Source: Paracoccaceae bacterium
GTDB taxonomy: Bacteria; Pseudomonadota; Alphaproteobacteria; Rhodobacterales; Rhodobacteraceae
Assembly: GCA_019911965.1 (NCBI GenBank)
Contig: JAIOJF010000025.1
Coordinates: 41,720 to 105,719, forward strand
DNA length: 64,000 nt
Reading direction: 5' to 3'
Part shown: piece after piece, positions 10,861 to 20,599 of the stretch
Position numbering within the stretch: the first letter of the stretch is position 1
How the letters are laid out: every line of letters starts with the position of its first letter
Notes under the pieces: generated by a model
The model's database searches: none
Told to the model about the DNA's origin: nothing
What the model saw: the letters and a program-made list of their open reading frames with translations, nothing else
Translations under genes and position numbers: made by a program

Positions 10861-13281
10861 ATGAAATTCACCCTCTCCTGGCTGAAAGAGCACCTCGAAA
10901 CCGAGGCGACGCTGGACGACATCACCTATGCCCTGACCGATCTGGGGATGGAAGTGGAAGGCGTGGAGAACCCCGCCGAAGCCCTTGGCGCGTTCCGCAT
11001 CTGCCGGGTGATCGAGGCGCTGCCGCATCCCAACGCCGATCGCTTGCGGCAATGCCGGGTCGAGGTCTGGCCGAACGGGCCGGACAAGCCCAGCGAAGAG
11101 GTGCAGGTGGTTTGCGGCGCGCCGAATGCGCGCACCGGGCTGGTTGGCGTGTTCGCGCCGGTCGGCACGCATATTCCGGGCACCGGGGTCGATCTGAAAC
11201 CGGGCGTGATCCGGGGGGTGGAATCCAACGGGATGCTGTGTTCGGAACGCGAATTGATGCTGTCGGACGATCATGACGGGATCATTGATCTGCCCGCCGA
11301 TGCGCCGATGGGTATGCGTTTCATCGACTATGCCAGGCAGAACGATCCGGTGATCGACATTGCCATCACCCCGAACCGCCCGGATGCGCTGGGCGTCGAG
11401 GGTATCGCGCGCGATCTGGCGGCGCGTGGGCTGGGGGTGCTGAAGGCCAAGGCACCGGCGGCGATCAAGGGCGGTTTTGCCAGCCCGGTCAATGTCTCGA
11501 TTGATGCCGATGTGCAGGAAAAGGGCTGCCCGGTTTTCTGTGGCCGGGTGATCCGGGGCGTCAAGAACGGCCCCTCGCCGCGCTGGTTGCAGGATCGCTT
11601 GAAAGCCATCGGCCTGCGCCCGATCTCGGCGCTGGTCGATATCACCAACTTCTTCACATTCGATCGCAACCGCCCGCTGCATGTGTTCGACGTGGCCCGC
11701 GTGAGCGGCGATCTGCGGGTGCATTGGGCCGAGGGCGGCGAGACCTTGGTGGCGCTGGACGACAAGGAATATACCTTCGAGCCGGGCATGATGGCGATCA
11801 GCGATGACAACGGTGTTGAAAGCATTGCCGGGGTGATGGGAGGGCTGGCCACCGGCTGTACCGCCGAGACCACCGATGTCTTCGTCGAAAGCGCCTATTG
11901 GGACCCGGTGACGATTGCTGCCACCGGACGGCGGCTGAAGATCAATTCCGATGCCCGCTACCGGTTTGAACGCGGCGTCGATCCGGCCTTCACGCCGGTC
12001 GGGCTGGACCTGGCGGTTGCGATGATCCTCGATCTCTGCGGCGGCGAGGCGTCCGACATGGTGGTTGCCGGGGCGGTGCCGGATACTGCACGCAGCTATC
12101 GGCTGGACACCGCGCGGGTATCCTCGCTGGTGGGCATGGATATTGCCGCCGAAACGCAGTTGCAGACGCTGAAGGCGCTGGGCTTCACGCTGGACGGCAT
12201 GGACGTATCACCCCCCACTTGGCGCCCCGATGTGCAGGGCCCGGCCGATCTGGTCGAGGAAATCGCCCGCATCGCCAGCCTGACCGGCCTGCAGGGCGCG
12301 CCGATGCCGCGGGTTGAAACCGGCGTCACCCGCCCGGTGCTGACGCCGATGCAGCGGCGCGAAGCGGTGGCGCGGCGGACCACGGCGGCGCTTGGCTATA
12401 ATGAATGCGTGACCTATTCATTCGTCGATCAGGCCTCGGCGGCGATGTTCGGCGGTGGCAGCGATGCCACCATGCTGGCCAATCCGATTTCCAGCGAGAT
12501 GAGCCATATGCGCCCCTCGCTGTTGCCCGGCCTGTTGCAGGCGGCATCGCGCAATCAGGCGCGCGGCAGCGCCGATCTGGCGCTGTTCGAGGTTGGCCCG
12601 GTATTTCACGGCGGCGAGCCTGAGGATCAGGAAATGATGCTGACCGGCATTTCGGTTGGCCATACCGTGCCGCGCGACGCGCATGGCTCGCGCCGTCCGG
12701 TCGATCTGTACGACGCCAAGGCGGATGCCGAGGCGGTACTGGCGGCCATCGGTGCCCCGGCCAAACTGATGATCCGGCGCGGATGCAGCGGCTGGTGGCA
12801 TCCCGGGCGCTCGGCGCTTGTGACGCTAGGCCCGAAGATCGTGCTGGGCGCGTTCGGTGAATTGCATCCGAAAGTTCTGGACGCTTTGGGCGTGAAGGGG
12901 CCGGTGGTGGGCTTTGCTATCCATATCGCCAACCTGCCGTTCCCGAAGGCGAAATCCGCCACAAGACCGGCGCTGGAATTGTCCGCGCTTCAGGCGGTTG
13001 ACCGCGATTTCGCCTTCGTCGTCGACAAGGAGGTCGAGGCCGAGGCGATCCTGAATGCCGCGCGCAGCGCCGACAAGGTGCTGATCGGCGAGGTTGCGGT
13101 GTTCGATCAGTTCACCGGCGCAAAGGCCGAGGCGCAGATGGGGGCGGGCAAGAAATCCGTCGCCATCACGGTGCATCTGCAGCCGGTTGCGGCGACACTG
13201 ACCGACAAGGAGATCGAGGCGGTGTCGGCGAAGATCATCACCAAGGTGACGGCAGCGACCGGCGGAACCCTGCGCGGGTAA
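10861..13281 (+). CDS. pheT: phenylalanine--tRNA ligase beta subunit
   Basis: MKFTLSWLKEHLET N-terminus, tRNA-binding, B3/4 and B5 domain-like stretches, about 806 aa. The upstream 45-codon extension was rejected. Confidence 0.95.
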   Translation: MKFTLSWLKEHLETEATLDDITYALTDLGMEVEGVENPAEALGAFRICRVIEALPHPNADRLRQCRVEVWPNGPDKPSEEVQVVCGAPNARTGLVGVFAPVGTHIPGTGVDLKPGVIRGVESNGMLCSERELMLSDDHDGIIDLPADAPMGMRFIDYARQNDPVIDIAITPNRPDALGVEGIARDLAARGLGVLKAKAPAAIKGGFASPVNVSIDADVQEKGCPVFCGRVIRGVKNGPSPRWLQDRLKAIGLRPISALVDITNFFTFDRNRPLHVFDVARVSGDLRVHWAEGGETLVALDDKEYTFEPGMMAISDDNGVESIAGVMGGLATGCTAETTDVFVESAYWDPVTIAATGRRLKINSDARYRFERGVDPAFTPVGLDLAVAMILDLCGGEASDMVVAGAVPDTARSYRLDTARVSSLVGMDIAAETQLQTLKALGFTLDGMDVSPPTWRPDVQGPADLVEEIARIASLTGLQGAPMPRVETGVTRPVLTPMQRREAVARRTTAALGYNECVTYSFVDQASAAMFGGGSDATMLANPISSEMSHMRPSLLPGLLQAASRNQARGSADLALFEVGPVFHGGEPEDQEMMLTGISVGHTVPRDAHGSRRPVDLYDAKADAEAVLAAIGAPAKLMIRRGCSGWWHPGRSALVTLGPKIVLGAFGELHPKVLDALGVKGPVVGFAIHIANLPFPKAKSATRPALELSALQAVDRDFAFVVDKEVEAEAILNAARSADKVLIGEVAVFDQFTGAKAEAQMGAGKKSVAITVHLQPVAATLTDKEIEAVSAKIITKVTAATGGTLRG

Positions 13282-13306
13282 TCCGGCCGCACGAGGCCTC
13301 CGGCGG

Positions 13307-13325
13307 GAGTATTTTTGCCAAAAAG
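13307..13325 (+). repeat. GAGTATTT-type intergenic motif, copy 3 (GAGTATTTTTGCCAAAAAG)
   Basis: 26 nt after the pheT stop, preceded by an imperfect GGCC...GGCC hairpin. The T-run makes it a possible terminator tail. Confidence 0.35.
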
Positions 13326-13337
13326 AAGGGCGAGGGC

Positions 13338-14435
13338 TTGGATCACGTTCAGACGCTGGTGATCGGTGCCGGGGTGATCGGGCTGGCGATTGCCCGGCAT
13401 CTGGCCTTGCGCGGGCATGAGGTGCTGATTGCCGAGGCCGAAGGCGCAATCGGCCAGCACACATCATCGCGCAATTCCGGGGTGATCCATGCCGGGATTT
13501 ACTATCCCCCAGGCTCGGACCAGCAGCGATTATGCCTGGCCGGCAAGGCGATGCTCTATGATTATTGCGCCACGCGCCATGTCGGCCATGCGCGGTGCGG
13601 CAAGCTGACGGTGGCCCCGAATGCGGAGCGGGTGCCCGAGTTGCACCAGTTGCAGGCGCGGGGGGCGGCGAACGGGCTGGACGATCTGTATGTGATCGGG
13701 GCGGATGAATTGCGCGAACGTGAACCGGCGGTGGCCGGGGCGGGCGCGATGGTGTCGCCCTCCAGCGGTATTGTCGACGCGCCGGGGCTGATGCTGTCGC
13801 TGCTGGGCGAGGCCGAGGGCGCGGGCGCGATGCTGGCGCTGGCAACGCGGTTCGTGGCGGCAGCGCCGCATCCGGCGGGGTTTGCGGTGCGCTTTGGCGA
13901 TGGTGCCGAGGTCAGTTGCACCAATCTGATCAACGCGGCGGCTTTGGGGGCCTGGGATGTGGCGCGCGGCATCGAAGGCCTCGCGCTGGGATCAATCCCG
14001 CCCTGCAACCTGGCCAAGGGCAGTTATTTCTCGATCTCAGGAAAATCGCCGTTTTCGGCGCTGATCTATCCGATGCCGCTGGTCGGCTCGCTCGGCGTGC
14101 ATTCGGTGCAGGATCTGGGCGGCGGCGTGCGGTTCGGGCCGGACATGGAGTGGATCGACAAGGTCGAGTATTCCGTGGACACCGGCAAGCAGGCGATGTT
14201 CGAGGCGGCGATCCGGGAATACTGGCCGGATTTGCCGGCGGGCGCGCTGCATCCCGATGGCGCCGGTATCCGCCCGCGCATCTGGGGGCCGGGCATGGCC
14301 AAGCGTGAGTTCGAGTTTCAGGGCGCGGACATACATGGCCTGCCGGGTTTGGTGCAATTGTTCGGGTTCGAATCGCCGGGCCTGACCGCCTGTCTGGCGA
14401 TTGCCCGGCATGTCGGGGAGATGTTGGCGACGTGA
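13338..14435 (+). CDS. FAD-dependent oxidoreductase (LhgO/hydroxyglutarate-oxidase-like)
   Basis: VIGAGVIGLAIARHLA dinucleotide fold, SSRNSGVIHAGIYY and a C-terminal FGFESPGLTACLAI. Probable TTG start. Confidence 0.75.
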   Translation: MDHVQTLVIGAGVIGLAIARHLALRGHEVLIAEAEGAIGQHTSSRNSGVIHAGIYYPPGSDQQRLCLAGKAMLYDYCATRHVGHARCGKLTVAPNAERVPELHQLQARGAANGLDDLYVIGADELREREPAVAGAGAMVSPSSGIVDAPGLMLSLLGEAEGAGAMLALATRFVAAAPHPAGFAVRFGDGAEVSCTNLINAAALGAWDVARGIEGLALGSIPPCNLAKGSYFSISGKSPFSALIYPMPLVGSLGVHSVQDLGGGVRFGPDMEWIDKVEYSVDTGKQAMFEAAIREYWPDLPAGALHPDGAGIRPRIWGPGMAKREFEFQGADIHGLPGLVQLFGFESPGLTACLAIARHVGEMLAT

Positions 14436-14446
14436 TGGAGGGAAAG

Positions 14447-14890
14447 ATGCAGTTGAATGTCTATCTGTCGGGGGAAATCCACACCGGCTGGCGCGACGAG
14501 ATCATCGCCGGTGCCGCCGGTCTGGCGGTGACGTTTTCCGCGCCGGTGACCGATCACGCCGCCTCGGACGATTGCGGTGTCACCATCATGGGGCCCGAGG
14601 CGGACAAGGTCTGGCACGACCACAAGGGCGCGAAGCTGAACGCCATCCGCACCCGCAAGGCGATTGCGGATGCCGATATCGTGGTGGTGCGGTTCGCCGA
14701 CAAATACCGGCAATGGAACGCGGCATTCGATGCCGGTTTCGCGGCGGCGCTGGGCAAGTCGCTGATCGTGATGCACGGGCCGGACATCCAGCATCCGCTG
14801 AAAGAGGTGGACGCCGCCGCCCTGGCCGTTGTCGAAACCCCGGCCGAGGTGGTGCGGATACTGGCCTATGTGATCGACGGCAGGCTTTAG
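14447..14890 (+). CDS. YtoQ family protein (nucleoside 2-deoxyribosyltransferase-like fold)
   Basis: MQLNVYLSGEIHTGWRDEI and WNAAFDAGFAAALGKSLIV resemble YtoQ. ATG at 14447 follows GGAGGG, 12 nt after the upstream stop. Confidence 0.65.
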   Translation: MQLNVYLSGEIHTGWRDEIIAGAAGLAVTFSAPVTDHAASDDCGVTIMGPEADKVWHDHKGAKLNAIRTRKAIADADIVVVRFADKYRQWNAAFDAGFAAALGKSLIVMHGPDIQHPLKEVDAAALAVVETPAEVVRILAYVIDGRL

Positions 14891-15591
14891 GCCGGTTTCG
14901 CCGGGCTGGTGATGCCCTTTTGCGAGGCCGGTCGCGCAAGGCAGCGATCAAGATAGGCAGGCACGTTCTCCAGGCCGTCCCAATCCACCTGATCGCCGAC
15001 GCCGTACATGTCGCGCAGGGTCCTGAGCCAGGGGAAGATGGCGATATCGGCGATGGAATACTCGTCCATCACGTAGTCGCGCCCGGCAAGGCGGTCGTCC
15101 AGCACACCCAGCAGGCGTTCGGCCTCGTCAAGGAAGCGCTGGCGGGGGCGGGGGTCTTCGATCTCCTTGCCGGCGAATTTCACCAGCCAGCCGAGTTGCC
15201 CGAACATCGGCCCGAGGCCGCCCATCTGCCACATCAGCCACTGGATCGTCTGGTAGCGTCTGGCCGGATCGGTGGACATCAGCTTGCCGGTCTTTTCCGC
15301 CAGATAGATCAGGATCGCGCCGCTTTCAAACAGCGCCAGCGGCTTGCCGCCCGGCCCGTCGGGATCAATGATCGCGGGGATCTTGTTGTTGGGGTTCAGC
15401 GACAGGAATTCCGGGCTCATCTGCTCCTGCGCGGCGAAATCGACGAAATGCGCGTCATAGGGCAGGCCCAGTTCCTCCAGCGCGGTCGAAACCTTGATGC
15501 CGTTCGGCGTGGTCAGCGAATAAAGCTGGATACGGTCGGCATGTTGCGGCGGCCAGCGGCGGGTGATCGGGAAAGCGGAGAGGTCGGGCAT
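14887..15591 (-). CDS. glutathione S-transferase (Nu/YfcG-like)
   Basis: LYSLTTPNGIKVSTALEELGLPY, NPNNKIPAIID and FESGAILIYLAEKTG motifs. Start at MPDLSAF. Confidence 0.85.
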   Translation of the reverse strand: MPDLSAFPITRRWPPQHADRIQLYSLTTPNGIKVSTALEELGLPYDAHFVDFAAQEQMSPEFLSLNPNNKIPAIIDPDGPGGKPLALFESGAILIYLAEKTGKLMSTDPARRYQTIQWLMWQMGGLGPMFGQLGWLVKFAGKEIEDPRPRQRFLDEAERLLGVLDDRLAGRDYVMDEYSIADIAIFPWLRTLRDMYGVGDQVDWDGLENVPAYLDRCLARPASQKGITSPAKPA

Positions 15592-15711
15592 GATATGCGC
15601 CTTTCGTTCGGTTCTTTGGTCCGACGTGAAGTTAAGGCCGGTGACGGCGGATTTACAGGGCCGGTGGCGGAATTGTTGATTTCTGCAATGTTGCTGGGCA
15701 AACTCGACTGA

Positions 15712-15731
15712 TCGACCAGTCGACTGGTCGA
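15712..15731. promoter_or_regulatory. perfect 20-bp palindrome TCGACCAGTCGACTGGTCGA (candidate operator)
   Basis: Read directly from the sequence. Lies in the GST/mscL divergent intergenic region, 57 nt upstream of the mscL ATG. No regulator is assigned. Confidence 0.3.
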
Positions 15732-15787
15732 ATGATCGGGTGGGCATCCGGCGGGTTCAGCGGCAGGGTGCGGAAAACGGAGGGATC

Positions 15788-16228
15788 ATGCTGAAGGAAT
15801 TCAAGGCATTCATCGCGCGGGGCAATGTCATGGACATGGCCGTCGGCATCATCATCGGGGCGGCCTTTACCGCGATTGTCAAAAGCATGGTCGATGACCT
15901 GATCAACCCCATCATAGGGCTGGTCATCGGCGGGTTCGACTTTACCAACCTGTTCGTGGTGCTGGGATCGGGCGATTACGCCACGTTGGCCGAAGCGAAC
16001 GAGGCCGGGGCCGCGGTATTCGCCTATGGCTCGTTCCTGATGGCGGTTCTCAATTTCCTGATCATCGCCTGGGTGGTGTTCGTGCTGGTGCGCTACGTCA
16101 ACAAGGTGCGCGATCTGGCCGACAGGAAGGACCCGCCGCCACCGCCCGCCCCGAAAGGGCCGAGCGAATTGGACGTGCTGATGGAAATCCGCGATGCGCT
16201 GAAGAAACAGGCGGGCCTGGCCAAGTAG
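15788..16228 (+). CDS. mscL: large-conductance mechanosensitive channel
   Basis: [31 protein letters not shown] is the canonical MscL N-terminus. Confidence 0.93.
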   Translation: MLKEFKAFIARGNVMDMAVGIIIGAAFTAIVKSMVDDLINPIIGLVIGGFDFTNLFVVLGSGDYATLAEANEAGAAVFAYGSFLMAVLNFLIIAWVVFVLVRYVNKVRDLADRKDPPPPPAPKGPSELDVLMEIRDALKKQAGLAK

Positions 16229-16231
16229 GGG

Positions 16232-16264
16232 CTTGCCACACAAGCCCAGGGCCTGTGTGGCAAG
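16232..16264. terminator. bidirectional hairpin between convergent mscL and ald
   Basis: CTTGCCACACA-(11 nt)-TGTGTGGCAAG, an 11-bp perfect stem between the stops at 16228 and 16271. Confidence 0.55.
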
Positions 16265-16270
16265 TGCAAA

Positions 16271-17389
16271 TCACATCTTCAGCGCCATTTTCGGGCTGAC
16301 AACATCAATTCCCAGCGCCTTGCCGACGGCGTAATAGGTCAGCTTGCCGGCATGGGTATTCAGGCCGTTCAGCAGGTTCTCGTCATCCTCGCAGGCCTGT
16401 TTCCAGCCCTTGTCGGCCAGCGCCAGCATAAACGGCATGGTGGCATTGCCAAGCGCAATGGTCGAGGTGCGGGCAACCGCGCCGGGCATGTTGGCGACGC
16501 AATAATGGATGATGCCGTCAACCTCGTAGATCGGATCGTCATGGGTGGTGGCCTTCGAGGTCTCGAAGCACCCGCCCTGGTCGATGGCGACATCCACCAG
16601 CACCGAGCCTGGCTTCATCAGCCCCAACTGGTCACGCGACACCAGCTTGGGCGCGGCGGCACCGGGGATCAGCACCGCGCCGATCACCATGTCCATACGC
16701 TCCAGCAGTTCCGCAACCGCGCCCTTGTCGGAATATTGCGTGGTCAGCCGCCCCATGAACACGTCATCCAGATAGGACAGGCGCGGCACCGAACGGTCCA
16801 GCACCGTGACATTCGCGCCCATCCCCACCGCCACGCGGGCCGCTGCGGTGCCCACCACGCCGCCGCTGATGATCGCCACATTGGCCGGGCGCACGCCGGG
16901 CACGCCGCCCAGCAGCACGCCGCTGCCGCCATTGGCCTTCTGCAGCGCCCAGGCACCGCTTTGCGGGGCAAGCCGGCCGGCCACCTCGGACATCGGCGCC
17001 AGCAACGGCAGGCCGCCATTGCGGTCGGTCACGGTTTCATAGGCGATGGCGGTGACGCCGGAGGCCAGCAGGTCGCGGGTTTGCTCGGGGTCGGGTGCGA
17101 GGTGAAGATAGGTGAACAGGATCTGGCCCTCGCGCAATTGCTTGCGTTCGATCGGCTGGGGTTCCTTGACCTTGACGACCATGTCGGCCCGCGCGAACAC
17201 ATCCGCCGCACTGCCGACGATTTCCGCGCCGATCGCGGTATAGGCGTCATCCACGAACCCGGCCCCTGTACCGGCATTGGTTTCGATGATTACCTTGTGG
17301 CCGTGGGCGATGGCTTCCTGCGCGGCTGCCGGGGTCATGCCGACCCGGTATTCCTGGTTCTTGATTTCCTTCGGGCACCCGATCAGCAT
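16271..17389 (-). CDS. ald: alanine dehydrogenase
   Basis: MLIGCPKEIKNQEYRVGMTP and IISGGVVGTAAARVAVGMGA NAD fold. Length 372 aa. Confidence 0.95.
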   Translation of the reverse strand: MLIGCPKEIKNQEYRVGMTPAAAQEAIAHGHKVIIETNAGTGAGFVDDAYTAIGAEIVGSAADVFARADMVVKVKEPQPIERKQLREGQILFTYLHLAPDPEQTRDLLASGVTAIAYETVTDRNGGLPLLAPMSEVAGRLAPQSGAWALQKANGGSGVLLGGVPGVRPANVAIISGGVVGTAAARVAVGMGANVTVLDRSVPRLSYLDDVFMGRLTTQYSDKGAVAELLERMDMVIGAVLIPGAAAPKLVSRDQLGLMKPGSVLVDVAIDQGGCFETSKATTHDDPIYEVDGIIHYCVANMPGAVARTSTIALGNATMPFMLALADKGWKQACEDDENLLNGLNTHAGKLTYYAVGKALGIDVVSPKMALKM

Positions 17390-17535
17390 TGCAATTCTCC
17401 CCTGTCTGCCGGTCCTGTTTCGCGCGATTATGCAGCCGGGAAAACGGAATTGGCTTGCAAAGGGGGTTCCGCGAAGGCCGGGATGTGGTAGAAATCTCTG
17501 TTACTGGCCACCAATACGCAAGGATCGTGCGAATA

Positions 17536-17994
17536 ATGGAAATCGACGCTACAGATCGCCGCATTCTGATGGTTCTGCAAAAACATGGGCGGATGTCGAA
17601 TGCCGACCTGGCCGAGCGGATCAACCTGTCTGCTTCGGCCTGTCACCGCCGGGTGCAGCGGCTGGAAAAATCCGCCATCATCACCGGCTACGTGGCATTG
17701 CTGGACCCGCGCGAGGTTGACCGGCGCTCCACCGTGTTTGTCGAGATCACCCTGTCCGGGCAGACCGACGAGGTGCTGGAGGCGTTCGAGAAGGAAGTGG
17801 CGCTGATCCCGGATGTGCTGGAATGCCATTTGATGGCGGGATCGGCGGATTACCTGCTGAAGGTGGTGGCGCGCGATACCGATGATTTCGCGCGTATCCA
17901 CCGCCGCTATCTGGCGCGGCTGCCCGGCGTGGCGCAGATGCATTCGTCATTTGCCTTGCGCACCGTGTTCAAGACCACGGCGCTGCCGCTTTAG
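17536..17994 (+). CDS. Lrp/AsnC family transcriptional regulator
   Basis: MEIDATDRRILMVLQKHGRMSNADLAERINLSASACHRRVQRLE. Divergent from ald. Confidence 0.9.
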   Translation: MEIDATDRRILMVLQKHGRMSNADLAERINLSASACHRRVQRLEKSAIITGYVALLDPREVDRRSTVFVEITLSGQTDEVLEAFEKEVALIPDVLECHLMAGSADYLLKVVARDTDDFARIHRRYLARLPGVAQMHSSFALRTVFKTTALPL

Positions 17995-18002
17995 GCCGTT
18001 TC

Positions 18003-18332
18003 TCAGGCCAACAGGTACTGGAACAGGTAAAGCGCAGCCATGCCGCCGATGATGGTGCCGACCACGCTGCGGGTGCCGATGCCGATGGCAAAGGCGATCA
18101 GCGCGGCAATCAGGCGGGGCGCATCCGGGATGCCACCGGTTGCCGCCGGCCAGACCACCAGCGGCGCGATCAGCCCGGGCATCACCGCAACGGCGGTATA
18201 GCGCAGATGCCGCAACAGCCAGGGCGGCAGGTCGCGCCCGCCGATCAGCCCGAGAAACGAAAACCGGATCAGGAAGGTGCCAATCCCGAGCAGGACAATG
18301 ACAATCCAGAGGGTGGTCTTGTCGGTGATCAT
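18003..18332 (-). CDS. azlD: AzlD-like branched-chain amino acid transport protein
   Basis: About 109 aa, hydrophobic, FLIRFSFL motif. Overlaps the azlC stop by 4 nt. Confidence 0.75.
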   Translation of the reverse strand: MITDKTTLWIVIVLLGIGTFLIRFSFLGLIGGRDLPPWLLRHLRYTAVAVMPGLIAPLVVWPAATGGIPDAPRLIAALIAFAIGIGTRSVVGTIIGGMAALYLFQYLLA

Positions 18333-19039
18333 GCCACACCCCGCTTCAGGCGGCGTTCGGTCTCGGCCCCCGCCATCATCGCCAGCAGCGCCGCGATGAT
18401 CAGGCCCATCGACCACGGCACCCAGCCAAGCGCCAGCGCGCCGATCACCGATACCAGCCCGGCAACGAAATGCGGCAGGCTGCGCATCGCCGGGGCGGAC
18501 AGCGCGATGAAACAGACCGGCAGCGCGAAATCCAGCGAATATTCCGGTGGAATCGCCCGCCCCACCACCGCCCCGATCAGCGAGAACAGCACCCAGAGCG
18601 AGGCAATCGGCACCGCCGTGCCGATGTAATAGGCCACCTTCTGCGGCATGGTCAGGGCCGGTTCACGCTCGAACTTCGCCAGCGACACGGCAAAGGCCTG
18701 ATCGACCAGGAAATACGACATCAACACCCGCTGCCAGCCCGGCGCACGCCCCAGATGCGGCACCAGCCCGGCGGAATACATCGCCATGCGGAAATTGACC
18801 GCGAAGGCCGTCAGCAGCACGATGGCAACCGGGGCTTGCTCCTGCATCAGGCTGATCGCGGTGAATTGCGCCGCCCCGGCGATCACCAGCATGGTCATGG
18901 CCATCGCCTCGATCAGGTCCAGACCGGCCTCGACCGCGACCACGCCAAACAGGGTGCCGAACGGCACCACGATCAGGATGAACGGGCTGCAATCGCGGAA
19001 ACCGGCCAGAAAAAAGGATTTTGGGTTGGTACCCGGCAT
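18329..19039 (-). CDS. azlC: AzlC family branched-chain amino acid permease
   Basis: Polytopic membrane protein with an FLAGFRDCSPFILIVVPFG N-terminus typical of AzlC. Confidence 0.8.
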   Translation of the reverse strand: MPGTNPKSFFLAGFRDCSPFILIVVPFGTLFGVVAVEAGLDLIEAMAMTMLVIAGAAQFTAISLMQEQAPVAIVLLTAFAVNFRMAMYSAGLVPHLGRAPGWQRVLMSYFLVDQAFAVSLAKFEREPALTMPQKVAYYIGTAVPIASLWVLFSLIGAVVGRAIPPEYSLDFALPVCFIALSAPAMRSLPHFVAGLVSVIGALALGWVPWSMGLIIAALLAMMAGAETERRLKRGVA

Positions 19040-19064
19040 GGCTTGCCTCTAACTTGCGCCGCGT

Positions 19065-19979
19065 ATGCCTAGGCTGGCGGGTTCGGAGATTCAATTGGCA
19101 AAGCAGACAGACATTTCGGATTACCTGATCGCACCCGATCCCGGCGCGGCGCGGCTGACGCGGCGGATCGCCGGGCGCGATCACACCGGCGCCGAAACCG
19201 AGATTGCCGTGGTCGAGGAACGCCCCCTGACGATTTTCCTGAACGGTCAGGAGATCGTGACCGCGATGACGATCGGGGATTATCCGCAATATCTGGCGCT
19301 CGGGTTCCTGCGCAATCAGGGGATGCTGTCGGCGGCGGACGAGATCACCCGCGTCGATTACGACGAGGATCTGGAAACCGTGGTGGTGCGCACCGCCCGC
19401 CAGACGAATTTTGAAGACAAGATGAAGAAGAAGACCCGAACCTCGGGCTGCGCTGTCGGCACGGTGTTCGGCGACATGATGGAGGGATTGCAGGGGGTGC
19501 GCCTGCCCGGTGGCGAGGTGCGCACATCGTGGCTTTATGCGCTGGCGCACAAGATCAACACCACGCCCAGCCTTTATCTGGAGGCCGGGGCCATTCACGG
19601 TACGGTGCTGTGCTGCAAGGATCGCCCGCTGGTCTATATGGAGGATGTCGGCCGCCACAATGCGGTGGACAAGATCGCCGGCTGGATGCTGTCGGAGGCT
19701 GCGGTAGCGGATGACAAGATCCTGTACACGACCGGGCGGCTGACCTCGGAAATGGTGATCAAGACGGCGATGATGGGCATTCCGGTGCTGGCCTCGCGTT
19801 CGGGCTTCACCGCCTGGGGGGTGGAGATCGCACGCGAGGTCGGGCTGACGCTGATCGGGCGGATGAAGGGGCGGCGGTTCGTCTGCCTTTCCGGCGAGGA
19901 CCGGCTGATCCGCGATGCCGATCCTGATGCGGTGGCGGATGAACCATCGCGGCAGCGGCGCAAGGGGGCCGAGGCATGA
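19065..19979 (+). CDS. fdhD: formate dehydrogenase accessory sulfurtransferase
   Basis: TSGCAVG and EDVGRHNAVDKIAGW motifs. Confidence 0.88.
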   Translation: MPRLAGSEIQLAKQTDISDYLIAPDPGAARLTRRIAGRDHTGAETEIAVVEERPLTIFLNGQEIVTAMTIGDYPQYLALGFLRNQGMLSAADEITRVDYDEDLETVVVRTARQTNFEDKMKKKTRTSGCAVGTVFGDMMEGLQGVRLPGGEVRTSWLYALAHKINTTPSLYLEAGAIHGTVLCCKDRPLVYMEDVGRHNAVDKIAGWMLSEAAVADDKILYTTGRLTSEMVIKTAMMGIPVLASRSGFTAWGVEIAREVGLTLIGRMKGRRFVCLSGEDRLIRDADPDAVADEPSRQRRKGAEA

Positions 19980-20599
19980 GCAAACCGTTCGGGGTGATCC
20001 TGGCCGGCGGCCTGTCGCGCCGGATGGGCGGCGGCGACAAGACCTTGCTGCAACTCGGCGGGCAGACCCTGCTGGCGCGGGTGATGGCGCAACTGGCACC
20101 GCAGGTGGATGCGATGGCGATCAACGCCAATGGCGATCCGGCGCGGTTTGCAGATTGCGGCCTGCCGGTGATCGCCGATTCGGTGGATGGCTTCGCCGGG
20201 CCGCTGGCCGGGGTTCTGGCCGGGCTGGACTGGGCGGCGGCGCAAGGCGTGGACCGGATCGTCACCGTGGCCGCCGATACGCCGTTCTTTCCGGGCGATC
20301 TGGTGGCAAGGCTGGACGCGGCGGCAAGGCGCGAAGGCGTGCCGATTGCCCTCGCCGCCTCGGCCGATCCGGAGCGTGGCATGTCGCGGCATCCGACCTT
20401 CGGCCTGTGGCCGGTGGATTTGCGAGAGGATCTGAGGTCCGCCCTGGCGGCAGGCACGCGCAAGGTGGTGGCCTGGACCGATCCGCATGGCTGCGCTGCG
20501 GCGGAATTTACCAGCACGCCGTTCGATCCGTTCTTTAACGTCAACACGCCGGCGGATATGCAGGTGGCCGAGGATTTGCTGGCAGGAGCGCGGATTTGA
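19976..20599 (+). CDS. mobA: molybdenum cofactor guanylyltransferase
   Basis: GVILAGGLSRRMGGGDKTLL and FFNVNTPADM motifs. Overlaps the fdhD stop. Confidence 0.88.
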   Translation: MSKPFGVILAGGLSRRMGGGDKTLLQLGGQTLLARVMAQLAPQVDAMAINANGDPARFADCGLPVIADSVDGFAGPLAGVLAGLDWAAAQGVDRIVTVAADTPFFPGDLVARLDAAARREGVPIALAASADPERGMSRHPTFGLWPVDLREDLRSALAAGTRKVVAWTDPHGCAAAEFTSTPFDPFFNVNTPADMQVAEDLLAGARI

